Assembly (NCBI GenBank): GCA_049607525.1
Contig: JBMYWP010000019.1
Location: 1-61,640 of the forward strand
Length of the DNA: 61,640 bases
Origin: Flavobacteriales bacterium
GTDB lineage: Bacteria; Bacteroidota; Bacteroidia; Flavobacteriales; CAJXXR01
Direction: 5' to 3'
In this document: positions 19,136 to 29,197 of the stretch, piece after piece
How positions within the stretch are numbered: the first letter of the stretch is position 1
Layout of the letters: each line of letters starts with the position of its first letter
Program-made: the position numbers and the translations under genes
Notes under the pieces: model-generated
Told to the model about the DNA's origin: nothing
The model's input: the letters and a program-made list of their open reading frames with translations, nothing else
Database searches by the model: none

Positions 19136-19426
19136 CTATAAAGCCATTACGCCTTCAATTTTTGAAACATTTCTATAAATATCAATTACAGCTTGTGCCG
19201 AATACATTTTCTTTACCTTAACACTTAAAGAAATATATTTGCCGTTTTTTGATTTATTTACAGACATTTCAACTTTTTTTGTTCCAAATTCTTCTTTAAC
19301 TAATCTCATTTTTTCTGGGTTACTCCCAGGAAGAATAAATTTGAACATATAAGAATTTGGCCATCTTTCGTTTTCTAATTTTTCTAATAAACTATCAAAC
19401 GGATCTTTGTTTTCTTCGGTACTCAT
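19136..19426 (-). CDS. DUF493 / YbeD-family (UPF0250) protein
   Basis: 96 aa. ...WPNSYMFKFILPGSNPEKMRLVKEEFG... is the typical YbeD signature. Confidence 0.7.
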   Translation of the reverse strand: MSTEENKDPFDSLLEKLENERWPNSYMFKFILPGSNPEKMRLVKEEFGTKKVEMSVNKSKNGKYISLSVKVKKMYSAQAVIDIYRNVSKIEGVMAL

Positions 19427-20562
19427 TATTTACGGTAATGTAAAGCTGTTTTGTGAAGCGTCACAGAGATAGTATTCAATTTAAAGTAAGCTTCAGAAAC
19501 AAAAATATGTCCTTCAAAACCTTCCATTCCTCTTTCTACACCCCAAGAATTTTTAACAATAAAAAATGTATTCCCATCTTCGTCTTCTGTAATTCCTGTA
19601 ATGTGCATCAAGTGATCATCTGTAACAATATGTTTATCAAATTTCTCCTGGCGTAGTTCTTGAGTAATCTCAATCTCTTCTATAGGTTCTTTAAGATCAT
19701 TAACTTTTATGCTTTCATCTTTTGGTACTAATGCTAAACCTTTAGAAGAAGAAAATCCTTTATTGCTCACATCAGCATCCCAAGAAATTGTATATCCCAT
19801 TCTTAAGGCCACTTTACACATTTCTGTAAGCTGGTTTATTGGAATGTTTTCATATTCACCATTTGCCCAATTGTCTGGTACTTCCAAAATAAAAGAAGAC
19901 TTAAATGGGTGATGTGTATATGAGGTAAAGTGACGGTAATCTGCAGCAACAATACCTAAAGCGTCCTTATAAGATTTTGGCGTATACTTCTCTCCATCAG
20001 CTTTAAAAGAATCCTCTTCCGAACCAAAATAGATATCAAGTACTCTATTGTAAGCCTCTTTCCATTTGTCAGACAAATTAGAAGATTTAGCGAATGTATT
20101 CACCATAGGTTTCAATATTGAAACCATTTCAGAGTGATTATGCTTTTTGTCTTCATGAATTTCTGGGTGAAACTCATCAAAAGGCATTACTCCGTACTTT
20201 TCGGCTGCATTTAGGTAATCGTGAGTTAAACTCCCTTCGCCAAAATTAGTTTTACCATGAAAACGAACGTAATTATTAGCTTTCTCTTTATAAACGTTTT
20301 TCACAATAAACATTTCCGAAAGGTTAATTGGCCCTTTTCCCATTCGAATCAATTCTGATTCTAAAAATGAAGAGGTCGCAAAAGACCAGCAGGTACCAGT
20401 TCTACCCTGACTTAATACATCTAAAGCATCATTTTGTTTAGTGTGTACAAAGTTATATATTGGTTCTTCTTTCTTTTCGGTATCTTGAGCAAATAAACTC
20501 GTGGCAATAAGTCCTGCCGACAAAAGTAAATGTTTAAACATAGTCTTATTTTTTTTCTGCAA
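19426..20562 (-). CDS. secreted C1-family cysteine peptidase (aminopeptidase C / bleomycin-hydrolase-like)
   Basis: 378 aa. Signal peptide, active-site QGRTGTCWSFA, and a C-terminal His/Asn region (NSWG...GHIFVS). Confidence 0.75.
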   Translation of the reverse strand: MQKKNKTMFKHLLLSAGLIATSLFAQDTEKKEEPIYNFVHTKQNDALDVLSQGRTGTCWSFATSSFLESELIRMGKGPINLSEMFIVKNVYKEKANNYVRFHGKTNFGEGSLTHDYLNAAEKYGVMPFDEFHPEIHEDKKHNHSEMVSILKPMVNTFAKSSNLSDKWKEAYNRVLDIYFGSEEDSFKADGEKYTPKSYKDALGIVAADYRHFTSYTHHPFKSSFILEVPDNWANGEYENIPINQLTEMCKVALRMGYTISWDADVSNKGFSSSKGLALVPKDESIKVNDLKEPIEEIEITQELRQEKFDKHIVTDDHLMHITGITEDEDGNTFFIVKNSWGVERGMEGFEGHIFVSEAYFKLNTISVTLHKTALHYRK

Positions 20563-21349
20563 TGTACATCAAGTCAAAACAAGCATCGTCTGCTGTTTTA
20601 ACAAAATAGTCATCCATTTTTATGTCAGAAACCATTTTCTGATTTCCTTCTAATATTTTCTTTCTATTCCAACGGTTTAATATATCGTAAGGAATTTGCA
20701 AAAGTCTTCTTGGTAATTTATGTTGAAAATCAAAGATATCAAAACGAGTAATACGCTCTACAGATCTTTTATTCTCTGCATAGTATTCCATTATTTTATC
20801 ATTTCCAAAAACACCATTTGCCGTTACAGCCTGAAAACTTTTTAAAAGACAATCTTTTAATTCAGTTACTGTATATTCTCTAACATGCCAAGGGTTTCTT
20901 GTTAATGACATTTTAATATTCGGCGTAGTCACAATAAGTTTTCCACCTGGTTTTAAAACTCTATAAATTTCTTCAACAAATTTATTATCATCTTCAATAT
21001 GTTCTATAACTTGGAAAGTAATTACAAAGTCAAAAGAATTATCTTCTATTCCGTTGAAAGGAGGTACATTCATTTGAAGAAATTCAACATTTTCATATTC
21101 ATCAAAATTTTCTAATTCCTGATGTTTATCAATTGTTACGAATTTCTCGCACTTCGGTGCAATGTGTTTTAATCCGTACCCCATTCCTGTACCAATTTCC
21201 ATCACACGACCCGAAACTAATTTTGCTGCTTCAACATAAGCTAAAACCGAACGTTGATAAACAAAGTTATCCGAAATATCTAAATCTGAAACACGCTCTG
21301 CTGTTTGCAATACTTTCATGGTATATTTTCTTTTTTCAAGTAAACACAA
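20546..21349 (-). CDS. class I SAM-dependent methyltransferase
   Basis: Motif I VMEIGTGMGYG and post-I LKPGGKLIVTTPN. The start may be the MKVLQ methionine. Confidence 0.7.
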   Translation of the reverse strand: MCLLEKRKYTMKVLQTAERVSDLDISDNFVYQRSVLAYVEAAKLVSGRVMEIGTGMGYGLKHIAPKCEKFVTIDKHQELENFDEYENVEFLQMNVPPFNGIEDNSFDFVITFQVIEHIEDDNKFVEEIYRVLKPGGKLIVTTPNIKMSLTRNPWHVREYTVTELKDCLLKSFQAVTANGVFGNDKIMEYYAENKRSVERITRFDIFDFQHKLPRRLLQIPYDILNRWNRKKILEGNQKMVSDIKMDDYFVKTADDACFDLMYIAEKK

Positions 21350-21518
21350 ATATAAAATATTCTATAGGAAAAACGGTTATATTATATCAGCAATTTCTCT
21401 GTGACATATAACACCCTCATACAGAACTACCTTTTATATTTGATCATTTCTTTTTTTTAATTCAATTCAATAAAACTCTATAAAACATGTATTATATAGA
21501 TTAAGTTATGATGTTTTA

Positions 21519-22031
21519 TTAGAGCAATTTTTGGAGAAAGAAGCAATCATTCCATTGATCTTCATATCGTCTCCATTTTTCTAACACACCAACTTTCTTA
21601 TAATTTAATGATTCAAAAAGTTTTAAACTTATGACATTTTTCAATTCTACATAACAATAGACCTGCTGTATTTGAAAAACATTTTTCACATATTGCTCCA
21701 CTTCTAACAATCCGCGTTTAGCAATCGATTGCCCTCTATATTTAGGGTCTATCAAAATTCCAACTTCCAGCCTCTGATGCATAATATCATAATCCACCAA
21801 ATCAATAAAACCAATACAAACATCTAGATTATCTTTTAAAGAAATAACAAATCGATATTGTTTTGCTTCAATGAGTGATTGATGAGACTGATTTATATAG
21901 TTACTAAGCGTGTACCGTGAGTAAAATTGCTCGTGATTATTGTATGAAGTCTGTTTATTTTCCCAAAAATAGAGAGCCTCCAAATCTGAAGGCTCTAAAG
22001 CGCGTAAGCAATATTTATCAAAAAAAATCAT
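21519..22031 (-). CDS. GNAT-family N-acetyltransferase
   Basis: 170 aa. Motif A-like ...GILIDPKYRGQSIAKRGL... Confidence 0.6.
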   Translation of the reverse strand: MIFFDKYCLRALEPSDLEALYFWENKQTSYNNHEQFYSRYTLSNYINQSHQSLIEAKQYRFVISLKDNLDVCIGFIDLVDYDIMHQRLEVGILIDPKYRGQSIAKRGLLEVEQYVKNVFQIQQVYCYVELKNVISLKLFESLNYKKVGVLEKWRRYEDQWNDCFFLQKLL

Positions 22032-22036
22032 ATCGA

Positions 22037-22819
22037 TTATAATTCTATACTTCCTTCAAATACAAAAGTAGCAGGGCCTTTTAACCAGATATTTCTAAAT
22101 TCTCCATCAAAATAATCGAAACTTACAAATAAATCTCCACCTTTTGTCTTTAGTTTAATATGTGTGCTTTTGCTTTGCCCATTTAAGAAAGCTGCAATTG
22201 CAGCGGCAGTTGCTCCGGTTCCACAAGAAAACGTTTCGTCTTCTACTCCTCTTTCGTAAGTTCTAATCCAAAATGCATCTTTTTCGGACTCATCCTTCAT
22301 TAAGAAGTTTACATTGGTTCCATTATCTTTAAAACGGTCACTATATCTTATCTTGTGGGCATCAGTAATTATATCCAAATGCTTAAAATCGTCTATAAAA
22401 GTCACAAAATGAGGCGATCCAGTATCTAAGAAATAATTCCCATCAACTTTTTCATATTCCAATACATCTTTCATTTTGACACAAACCTTTTTTTCTTCAA
22501 ATAAAACTTCGTGTAAACCATCTATGGCATTAAATCTTCCTTTATAGTCTATACAACCTAATTCATGAGCAAATGCAGCTAAACACCTTCCTCCGTTACC
22601 ACACATGGTACTTTCGTTTCCATCAGAATTGTAATAAACCATTTTAAAATCTTCGGTTTTATCGGTTTCTAAAACCATGAGGCCGTCAGAACCTATTCCG
22701 TATTTACGGTCACATAAAAATTTGATTTGCTCTGTGGTTAAACTAACGTTGTGAGATCTATTATCTATAATAATGAAATCATTTCCAGTTCCTTGATATT
22801 TTGAAAAGTTGATTTTCAT
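22037..22819 (-). CDS. dapF: diaminopimelate epimerase
   Basis: MKINFSKYQGTGNDFIIID..., and catalytic Cys in CGNGGRC and FSCGTGATAAAIAA. The start is placed at MKINF, 4 nt after the upstream gene's stop, so the 5' extension in the ORF track is probably not translated. Confidence 0.85.
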   Translation of the reverse strand: MKINFSKYQGTGNDFIIIDNRSHNVSLTTEQIKFLCDRKYGIGSDGLMVLETDKTEDFKMVYYNSDGNESTMCGNGGRCLAAFAHELGCIDYKGRFNAIDGLHEVLFEEKKVCVKMKDVLEYEKVDGNYFLDTGSPHFVTFIDDFKHLDIITDAHKIRYSDRFKDNGTNVNFLMKDESEKDAFWIRTYERGVEDETFSCGTGATAAAIAAFLNGQSKSTHIKLKTKGGDLFVSFDYFDGEFRNIWLKGPATFVFEGSIEL

Positions 22820-22823
22820 GATG

Positions 22824-23098
22824 TTATTTTTTATTTTTTTTATCTTCCTTTGGTTGAATAACAAAGGCGTAAATCCAAGTGAGAGTTAATGTTGGAATGG
22901 CGTCTAAACCTGGAGACAATTCCTCAGCTAAATTGATTAATGCACCTGCCTTTCCTACTTTATTATCAAACATAAAATTACAGATGAAATAGGCGCCCAA
23001 AAAACATCAGATATTTCACCTAACGCCGGAATCACATAACTTAACAATCCTATTGCATCAATAAAAATGCAAATAGCCAATTTAAAATACTTGTTCAT
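22824..23098 (-). pseudogene. small DUF4112-like membrane protein gene split into two frames (48-aa and 49-aa halves) at a T6 homopolymer; pseudogene or sequencing indel
   Basis: Frame A is MNKYFKLAICIFIDAIGLLSYVIPALGEISDVFWAPISSVILCLIIK*. The -1 frame continues ...FDNKVGKAGALINLAEELSPGLDAIPTLTLTWIYAFVIQPKEDKKNKK*. Inserting one T in the TTTTTT run at approx 22995-23000 fuses them into one 91-aa two-TM protein. Confidence 0.5.
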
Positions 23099-23493
23099 GT
23101 CTCAAAAATAAGGTATTTATTTAAGCTAATTTACTTCCAATTTTATTTTTTACAAAAAAGACTAATAATTATAGAATATTAACAGAATTATTTAGTGCAT
23201 TAAATTTATGTTTGTTTTAACGAAAAAAGAGCTCACCCAATATTTTAGCTTGCTGTATTATTAAAATCAATTTACTTGAAATGTTTGTTGATGAAAATTG
23301 TAATTTCAGTAAAACGATAAGAAAATAACAAAATTTATCAAAACCTGTTTCATTCCCCTTTCAACAAAATATCTTACTATCTATCAAAACTTTAAATTTA
23401 TTCCAATTAGAATACAATTTGAAATAAAGGCAACACCTTAAGTAAAACTCATCTAATCCTTCAAGTAATTTTGATTATCCGAATGTAAAACAA

Positions 23494-23501
23494 TATATTT
23501 G
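23494..23501 (+). promoter_or_regulatory. Bacteroidota sigmaA -7 element (TAnnTTTG) upstream of fabG
   Basis: TATATTTG lies 21 nt upstream of the fabG ATG in a 420-nt AT-rich non-coding region. Confidence 0.3.
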
Positions 23502-23522
23502 TTTATAACAAAATTAAAATAA

Positions 23523-24269
23523 ATGATGTTAAAAGGAAAAACAGCCTTGATTACTGGTGCCACTAGGGGAATTGGAAGAGGAATTGCTCTTAAATTTGCA
23601 GAAAATGGTGCAAATATAGTTTTCACATATTTATCGTCAGAAGAAAAAGCATTAGCTTTAGAATCGGAATTAAAAGCATTTGGAGTAAATGCATTCGCCA
23701 TAAAATCGGACGCATCAAATTTTGATGAAGCGCATAGTTTAGTTGAATTTGCACTTGAAAAATTAGATGGTAGAATCGATATTTTAATTAATAATGCAGG
23801 TATTACAAAAGACAATCTATTAATGAGAATGTCCGAAGCTGATTATGATCGTGTGTTAGATGTTAATCTTAAATCTATCTTCAATCTTACAAAAGCAGCT
23901 CAACGTACTATGCTAAAACAACGTAAAGGTTCTATTATTAATATAGGGTCGGTAGTTGGAGTAAAAGGAAATGCAGGACAAGCAAACTATGCCGCATCTA
24001 AGGCTGGTGCAATCGGATTCACAAAATCTATTGCTTTAGAACTCGGATCTAGAAACATAAGATGTAATGTTATTGCCCCAGGATTTATCGCAACTGAAAT
24101 GACTGGAAAACTTGATCCTGAGGTGGTTAAAAACTGGGAGAAAGATATTCCGCTTAAACGTGCAGGTTTACCAGAAGATGTGGCAAATGTGGCATTATTT
24201 TTGGCATCTGACATGTCTAATTATGTAACAGGGCAAGTGATTAATACTTGCGGAGGAATGTTAACATAA
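23523..24269 (+). CDS. fabG: 3-oxoacyl-[acyl-carrier-protein] reductase
   Basis: TGATRGIGRGIA Rossmann motif, NNAGITKD, and the catalytic Tyr/Lys in YAASKAG. 248 aa. Confidence 0.9.
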   Translation: MMLKGKTALITGATRGIGRGIALKFAENGANIVFTYLSSEEKALALESELKAFGVNAFAIKSDASNFDEAHSLVEFALEKLDGRIDILINNAGITKDNLLMRMSEADYDRVLDVNLKSIFNLTKAAQRTMLKQRKGSIINIGSVVGVKGNAGQANYAASKAGAIGFTKSIALELGSRNIRCNVIAPGFIATEMTGKLDPEVVKNWEKDIPLKRAGLPEDVANVALFLASDMSNYVTGQVINTCGGMLT

Positions 24270-24291
24270 AAAATTATAACTAAAAAATCAT

Positions 24292-24657
24292 ATGGATTTA
24301 GATAATAGAAATGGCGATTTAAAGGACAGAACATATCAATATTCTTTAAATGTAGCTACAATATGTAAACAAATACAGGCAACAGACCAGGGTAAGAAAA
24401 TTGCCGACGCTTTGTTTGCAAAATCAACAGCCATTGGTTTAACTGCCCGATTGGCATTTAAAGGGCGTTCTAACAACGACTTTAAAGACAAGTTAAGACA
24501 AATAATAAACGATGCAGACGAATGCATCTTTTGGTTTGATATGTTGATTGATTTAGGAATAGTAGAAGAAAGTGCTGTTGAAGAACTGATGGTTGAAGCT
24601 TCGGAATTAATTGCTATTTTCATTTCTATTTCAAAGAAAAGTAGAAGTTCATATTAA
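24292..24657 (+). CDS. four-helix-bundle protein (second paralog of the '23S rRNA IVS protein' family)
   Basis: 121 aa. ...KIADALFAKSTAIGLTARLAFKGRSNNDFKDKLRQIINDADECIFWFDMLIDLGIV... matches the same family architecture as 620..991. Confidence 0.65.
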   Translation: MDLDNRNGDLKDRTYQYSLNVATICKQIQATDQGKKIADALFAKSTAIGLTARLAFKGRSNNDFKDKLRQIINDADECIFWFDMLIDLGIVEESAVEELMVEASELIAIFISISKKSRSSY

Positions 24658-24666
24658 AAATCTTTT

Positions 24667-26739
24667 ATGCTTAATCATTTGATTAATAATTATGGGACAA
24701 TATTGGTATTTATTATCATATTGTCCTTTTTGGTTTCATTTGTATTTTATAAATTAAATACTAAAAATAATAAAATTTCGATAAGAATTGTTTTTCTCAT
24801 GATTCTTAGAACTCTTGTTTTTAGTATTATTGGAATATTGATATTAAATCCTAAATTACAACAAAGTAAAGACGTTGAAATTAAAAAGAAAGTTATTGTT
24901 TTAGCCGACAACTCCAATTCTATGCCCACAACGACTTACTCAAAAGAAAAGGTTCAACAATTCATTAATAATATCTCTACTCAATTAAAAACTGAAGTCG
25001 ATATCATTCCTTTTGCTTTTGACTCTGAAATAAAACCCTTTGAAAAAGCCAAATTCCAAGGTAAATCAACAAATATTTCCCAGGCCATAAAAGCGATTCA
25101 ACATCAGTTTGACTCGAAAGAATTACATTCCGTAGTTCTATTATCAGACGGTATTTTCAATACTTCATATCACCCTAAATGGATAAATCCAGCACCGGAA
25201 TTTCCAATTTACACAGTAGGATATGGAGACACAACCCAATACGCAGATTTAAGCATTCACCACATAAAAAATAACAATATTGCATTTCTTGGAAACGAGT
25301 TTCCTGTAGAAATCCATTTAAAAACGAAGGCTTGGAATACCCATAAACCTAAATTATTAATTAAAGATAAACAAGGAAAAATAGTACACCAATTTTTGTG
25401 GGAAAATCCTGAAAAGGAAGATTACAAAATTCACAAATTCACCCTACCTGCAAAACGTATTGGATTAAACACTTATAAGGTTGAAGTGAGTAGTAAAGAA
25501 ACAGAACAAAATATAAAAAACAACGTTTCTAGTTTTACCATAGATGTTTTAGATGTAAAAAACAAAATTTTACTTGTTGCGTCAGAAACACACCCAGATC
25601 ACCATGCCATTCATTCTGCTCTAAAAGGGAATTTAGATTATGAACTCGATTTTAAAACCCTTAAGGAGATTAATAATGCTAATCTTAAAACCTATGATTG
25701 CGTTATATTTTTAGGGTACCAAAAGGAAACAAAGTCTATACTGGAGCAATGTTTAAACTTAAACAAGAATCTTCTTTTAAAAATAAATAGAAATTCTGAT
25801 TTAAAGAATCTTGCGCATTCTTTTCCAACATATTTCGACATTTCAAATCCAAAATTAGATTGGGATTTAGCCCAAAATTCGGTTAATTCGCATTTTAAAG
25901 GATTCAATATATCAAAATACACTAAGGACTTTTTAAAGACTACTCCACCTCTATCCGTACCATTCAATACATTAAAAACAAAAAGTTCTGTTCAACACAT
26001 TTTGATTCAGAAAGTAATGAATACGACCAATAAAAAAGGAATATTCTCATTAGGAGCACATAACAAAAGTAGAATTGGTTTAATTCAGGGTGAAGGATTG
26101 TGGAAATGGCGTATTCAAGATTTTAAGAAAAATGAATCTTTTGAGAATTTCGATGGCTTTCTCAAATCTATGGTAAGGTTGGTAAACATTCAAAATGACA
26201 AACGTTTATTTCATTTTAATATGCCTCAAAATTTCTTAGTAGACGAAGAATTATTAATCCCTGCATATTTATATAATGATTCTTACGAACCAATAACTGA
26301 AGATGAACTTCTACTAAATATTGAAACTGAAGAAAAAATAAAATACAGTTTTCCATTCTCTAAAGAGAGTAAGAGTTATTTATGCAAGTTTAAATTAACC
26401 GAACCTGGCCATTATTCTTACAAGGTTGTTAACGCATCAAAAAACAATGCTATTTTATCTCAAGGTGTATTCAATGTAAAAATTAATGAAATAGAAAACT
26501 TAAACAAAGTCGCTGATTTTGATGTTTTAAGGTACATTTCAAATACTACAGATGGATTTTTTTATAATCATTTAGAAATCAACAAACTTGTTACAGACTT
26601 ACAAAACAAAAAGTCAATCAATACAAAAGTAACCTTATCAGAAAACAAACCGCTAATCGATAAAACTTGGCTTCTTACTCTCCTATTATGTTTTGGACTT
26701 TTGGAGTGGTTTTTAAGACGTCAGAACAGCTTACAATAA
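24667..26739 (+). CDS. membrane-anchored von Willebrand factor A (VWA) domain protein
   Basis: 690 aa. N- and C-terminal TM helices, a MIDAS DxSxS motif (VLADNSNSM), and SVVLLSDG. Confidence 0.6.
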   Translation: MLNHLINNYGTILVFIIILSFLVSFVFYKLNTKNNKISIRIVFLMILRTLVFSIIGILILNPKLQQSKDVEIKKKVIVLADNSNSMPTTTYSKEKVQQFINNISTQLKTEVDIIPFAFDSEIKPFEKAKFQGKSTNISQAIKAIQHQFDSKELHSVVLLSDGIFNTSYHPKWINPAPEFPIYTVGYGDTTQYADLSIHHIKNNNIAFLGNEFPVEIHLKTKAWNTHKPKLLIKDKQGKIVHQFLWENPEKEDYKIHKFTLPAKRIGLNTYKVEVSSKETEQNIKNNVSSFTIDVLDVKNKILLVASETHPDHHAIHSALKGNLDYELDFKTLKEINNANLKTYDCVIFLGYQKETKSILEQCLNLNKNLLLKINRNSDLKNLAHSFPTYFDISNPKLDWDLAQNSVNSHFKGFNISKYTKDFLKTTPPLSVPFNTLKTKSSVQHILIQKVMNTTNKKGIFSLGAHNKSRIGLIQGEGLWKWRIQDFKKNESFENFDGFLKSMVRLVNIQNDKRLFHFNMPQNFLVDEELLIPAYLYNDSYEPITEDELLLNIETEEKIKYSFPFSKESKSYLCKFKLTEPGHYSYKVVNASKNNAILSQGVFNVKINEIENLNKVADFDVLRYISNTTDGFFYNHLEINKLVTDLQNKKSINTKVTLSENKPLIDKTWLLTLLLCFGLLEWFLRRQNSLQ

Positions 26740-26744
26740 ACTCT

Positions 26745-27581
26745 ATGAAAAGAAGCAATTTAATTTACATAGGTTCTCAAGGTAAAAAATCATGTTATGA
26801 TTTAATTATACCTGAGTGTTTTAATGGAACCATAATCTATTTTATTCATGGTTATAAAGGTTATAAAGACTGGGGAACTTGGAATATTATTGCAGATTAT
26901 TTTGCTAATCATGGATTTGGTTTTGCCAAATGTAATTTATCTCACAACGGTACAACCTTAGAAAATCCAACTGTATTTGATGATCTTGAAGCTTTTGGTA
27001 GGAACACTTATTCTAATGATATTAACGATATTTCCTTATTTATAGACGCTGTAGAAACGGCATTAGATCCAAAAATTAAGATAAATAAACGTGTACTTAT
27101 AGGTCATAGTCGAGGAGGAGGATGTTCTATTCTTTCAGCAGAAAAATCAAATAATATAGATGTTCTTGTCACTTGGGCTTCCATATCCAACATTGAAACG
27201 AGATTCCCAAAAGGAGAACAATTAAAATTGTGGAAAACGTCAGGTGTTTATCACATCATAAATGGGCGCACAAAACAAAAAATGCCTCATTATTACTCCT
27301 TTTATGAAGATTTTTTAAACAATAAAAACATACTTAATATTGAAAAAGCATCAAAACGCATTGAAATACCGTGGGCCATTTTTCATGGAACAAATGATGA
27401 TGCTGTAAAAACAACAGAAGCCCAAATGCTAAACAAATGGGCTTCAAATTCTGATTTATTTTTAATCAAAGATGCAAATCACGTTTTTGGTGGAAAAGAA
27501 CCTTTTCTTTCAAGTCATTTACCAGATCATACTTTACAATTAGTAAAAGAGACAAAGGCGTTTATTGAACTACACCATTAA
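26745..27581 (+). CDS. alpha/beta-hydrolase (dienelactone-hydrolase-like)
   Basis: Nucleophile elbow GHSRGGG, and a C-terminal His (DANHVFGG). The start is placed at MKRSNL to avoid overlap with the VWA gene. Confidence 0.6.
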   Translation: MKRSNLIYIGSQGKKSCYDLIIPECFNGTIIYFIHGYKGYKDWGTWNIIADYFANHGFGFAKCNLSHNGTTLENPTVFDDLEAFGRNTYSNDINDISLFIDAVETALDPKIKINKRVLIGHSRGGGCSILSAEKSNNIDVLVTWASISNIETRFPKGEQLKLWKTSGVYHIINGRTKQKMPHYYSFYEDFLNNKNILNIEKASKRIEIPWAIFHGTNDDAVKTTEAQMLNKWASNSDLFLIKDANHVFGGKEPFLSSHLPDHTLQLVKETKAFIELHH

Positions 27582-27594
27582 TTCTAAATAAAGA

Positions 27595-28047
27595 CTAGAC
27601 TCCGAACTGATGTAAATGGTGAGTCAGATGCTTATAAAACATATTATTCCACTCATTTGAAGTTAATTTCCCGAATGAATGAGACTCCTTATTATGGAAA
27701 TGATCCACTCCTAAGTCTTGTGTTTGCTTTAAATAGTCGATAAGTTTACTTTTTTCCGCTTCAAAATTTTGCGACTCAGAAACAATAAAATCTGGTGCTG
27801 TTCTACCGTTTTTTGGATAAATTTTATCGCCAACCACCATTGGTTTAACAAATAATTTCAAAAGCATCTTTTTAAGACCTCCTGGTTTTCTATATTTTGT
27901 TGTATAAACATAATCGTAAGTAACATTACAATGAGCTAACATTTGCCCAACATTCATTTTTCCCCACAAAGGTGTTGATGTATCGGTTAATTTGTTAATT
28001 CTTTCAATGAGTTCATTTGTAACTGATAGCTCAAATATATTTTTCAT
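27595..28047 (-). CDS. DinB_2/DUF1569-like four-helix protein
   Basis: 150 aa. ...WGKMNVGQMLAHCNVTYDY... and a C-terminal HHLHQF His cluster. From pattern memory. Confidence 0.4.
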   Translation of the reverse strand: MKNIFELSVTNELIERINKLTDTSTPLWGKMNVGQMLAHCNVTYDYVYTTKYRKPGGLKKMLLKLFVKPMVVGDKIYPKNGRTAPDFIVSESQNFEAEKSKLIDYLKQTQDLGVDHFHNKESHSFGKLTSNEWNNMFYKHLTHHLHQFGV

Positions 28048-28216
28048 AACAGCAATAATTTGTAAAACGATTCTTCGATGTAATAAACTGAAGTCAAATT
28101 TAAGAAATACTAGTTCAATAAATTAAAATTTTCGTTTAATAACAATTTTTTAATGCTGAATGCAAAGAATATTAATAAGATAAAAAAAACTCTAATCAAT
28201 TGATTAGAGTTTAAAT

Positions 28217-29194
28217 TTATTCTTTCTTATTTGGCATAATGCTATCTTTACCTATCCAGGCATTTTCTTTATGCCTTTCATACCATCTATTATTTTGACT
28301 AGATTTTTCATTAAAAATCCTAAAACTTAAAGCAATACCATGTGATGTATTTGAAAAAGCACTAATATCTGAAGAATTTACTTCAAATTGATAGGCTAAC
28401 GTCAATTCTTTTGCTCTTAAACCTAATCTAAATCCGTAAGAATCATTTGGAGAAAATGTCCCCCCTACGTATACAAAATCCATATAAACAACATCTAAAT
28501 TGGCATAGAGTTGCATGTGACCATATAATTTACTTTTCAATAAAAAAGATGGTTCTAATGCAAAGTTGTTCGCTTTTTCCAATTGGTAATGATAATGGGC
28601 ATAGAGTTTCAATTCTCTTTGAAGGTAATTTCTTCTTGTATCCTTCCCAGAAAGTGATAATTTAGTTTCAATTAAATTGTCTCCGGACAAACTAATTAAT
28701 AAATCATCAGAATATATAGAGATTCCTGCTCTCATATCAAAACCAAAGGCCGATTCTTCTGAATTTCCAAAAACTGGATCACCAGGAGTATTGACCGATA
28801 CATCGGCATCATTAAATGCGTATTGAAATAATTTAGGTCCAATTCCGAAAGACATATTATAATCCAAACCTATTGGTGTTCTTAAAGCATAATCTAACTG
28901 TAAACCTGATTGACTTGTTACTCCAAATTTATCTGAGAAAAACATTGCTCCTACGGCATGCTGATCATTAATGGCTGTATTACCTCCTAAAAAATATGTT
29001 CTAGGCGAATCTTCTACTCCCAACCATAACAAACGCGAAGAGGCATTAATTTGCATATAATCATACAATCCAATATTGGATGGACTTGCATATTGTTCAT
29101 TGGTTGTAAATGAAACAGATGAAGGTGTTTGTTGAGCCAAAGCCCCAATTGATATGAAGCCAAAAATGGCGATAATATTATTCTTTAATTTCAT
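28217..29194 (-). CDS. type IX secretion system membrane protein PorP/SprF family
   Basis: 325 aa with signal peptide. Lies 4 nt downstream of a SprB-repeat / type-B CTD cargo gene, which is the canonical arrangement. Confidence 0.7.
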   Translation of the reverse strand: MKLKNNIIAIFGFISIGALAQQTPSSVSFTTNEQYASPSNIGLYDYMQINASSRLLWLGVEDSPRTYFLGGNTAINDQHAVGAMFFSDKFGVTSQSGLQLDYALRTPIGLDYNMSFGIGPKLFQYAFNDADVSVNTPGDPVFGNSEESAFGFDMRAGISIYSDDLLISLSGDNLIETKLSLSGKDTRRNYLQRELKLYAHYHYQLEKANNFALEPSFLLKSKLYGHMQLYANLDVVYMDFVYVGGTFSPNDSYGFRLGLRAKELTLAYQFEVNSSDISAFSNTSHGIALSFRIFNEKSSQNNRWYERHKENAWIGKDSIMPNKKE

Positions 29195-29197
29195 TGT

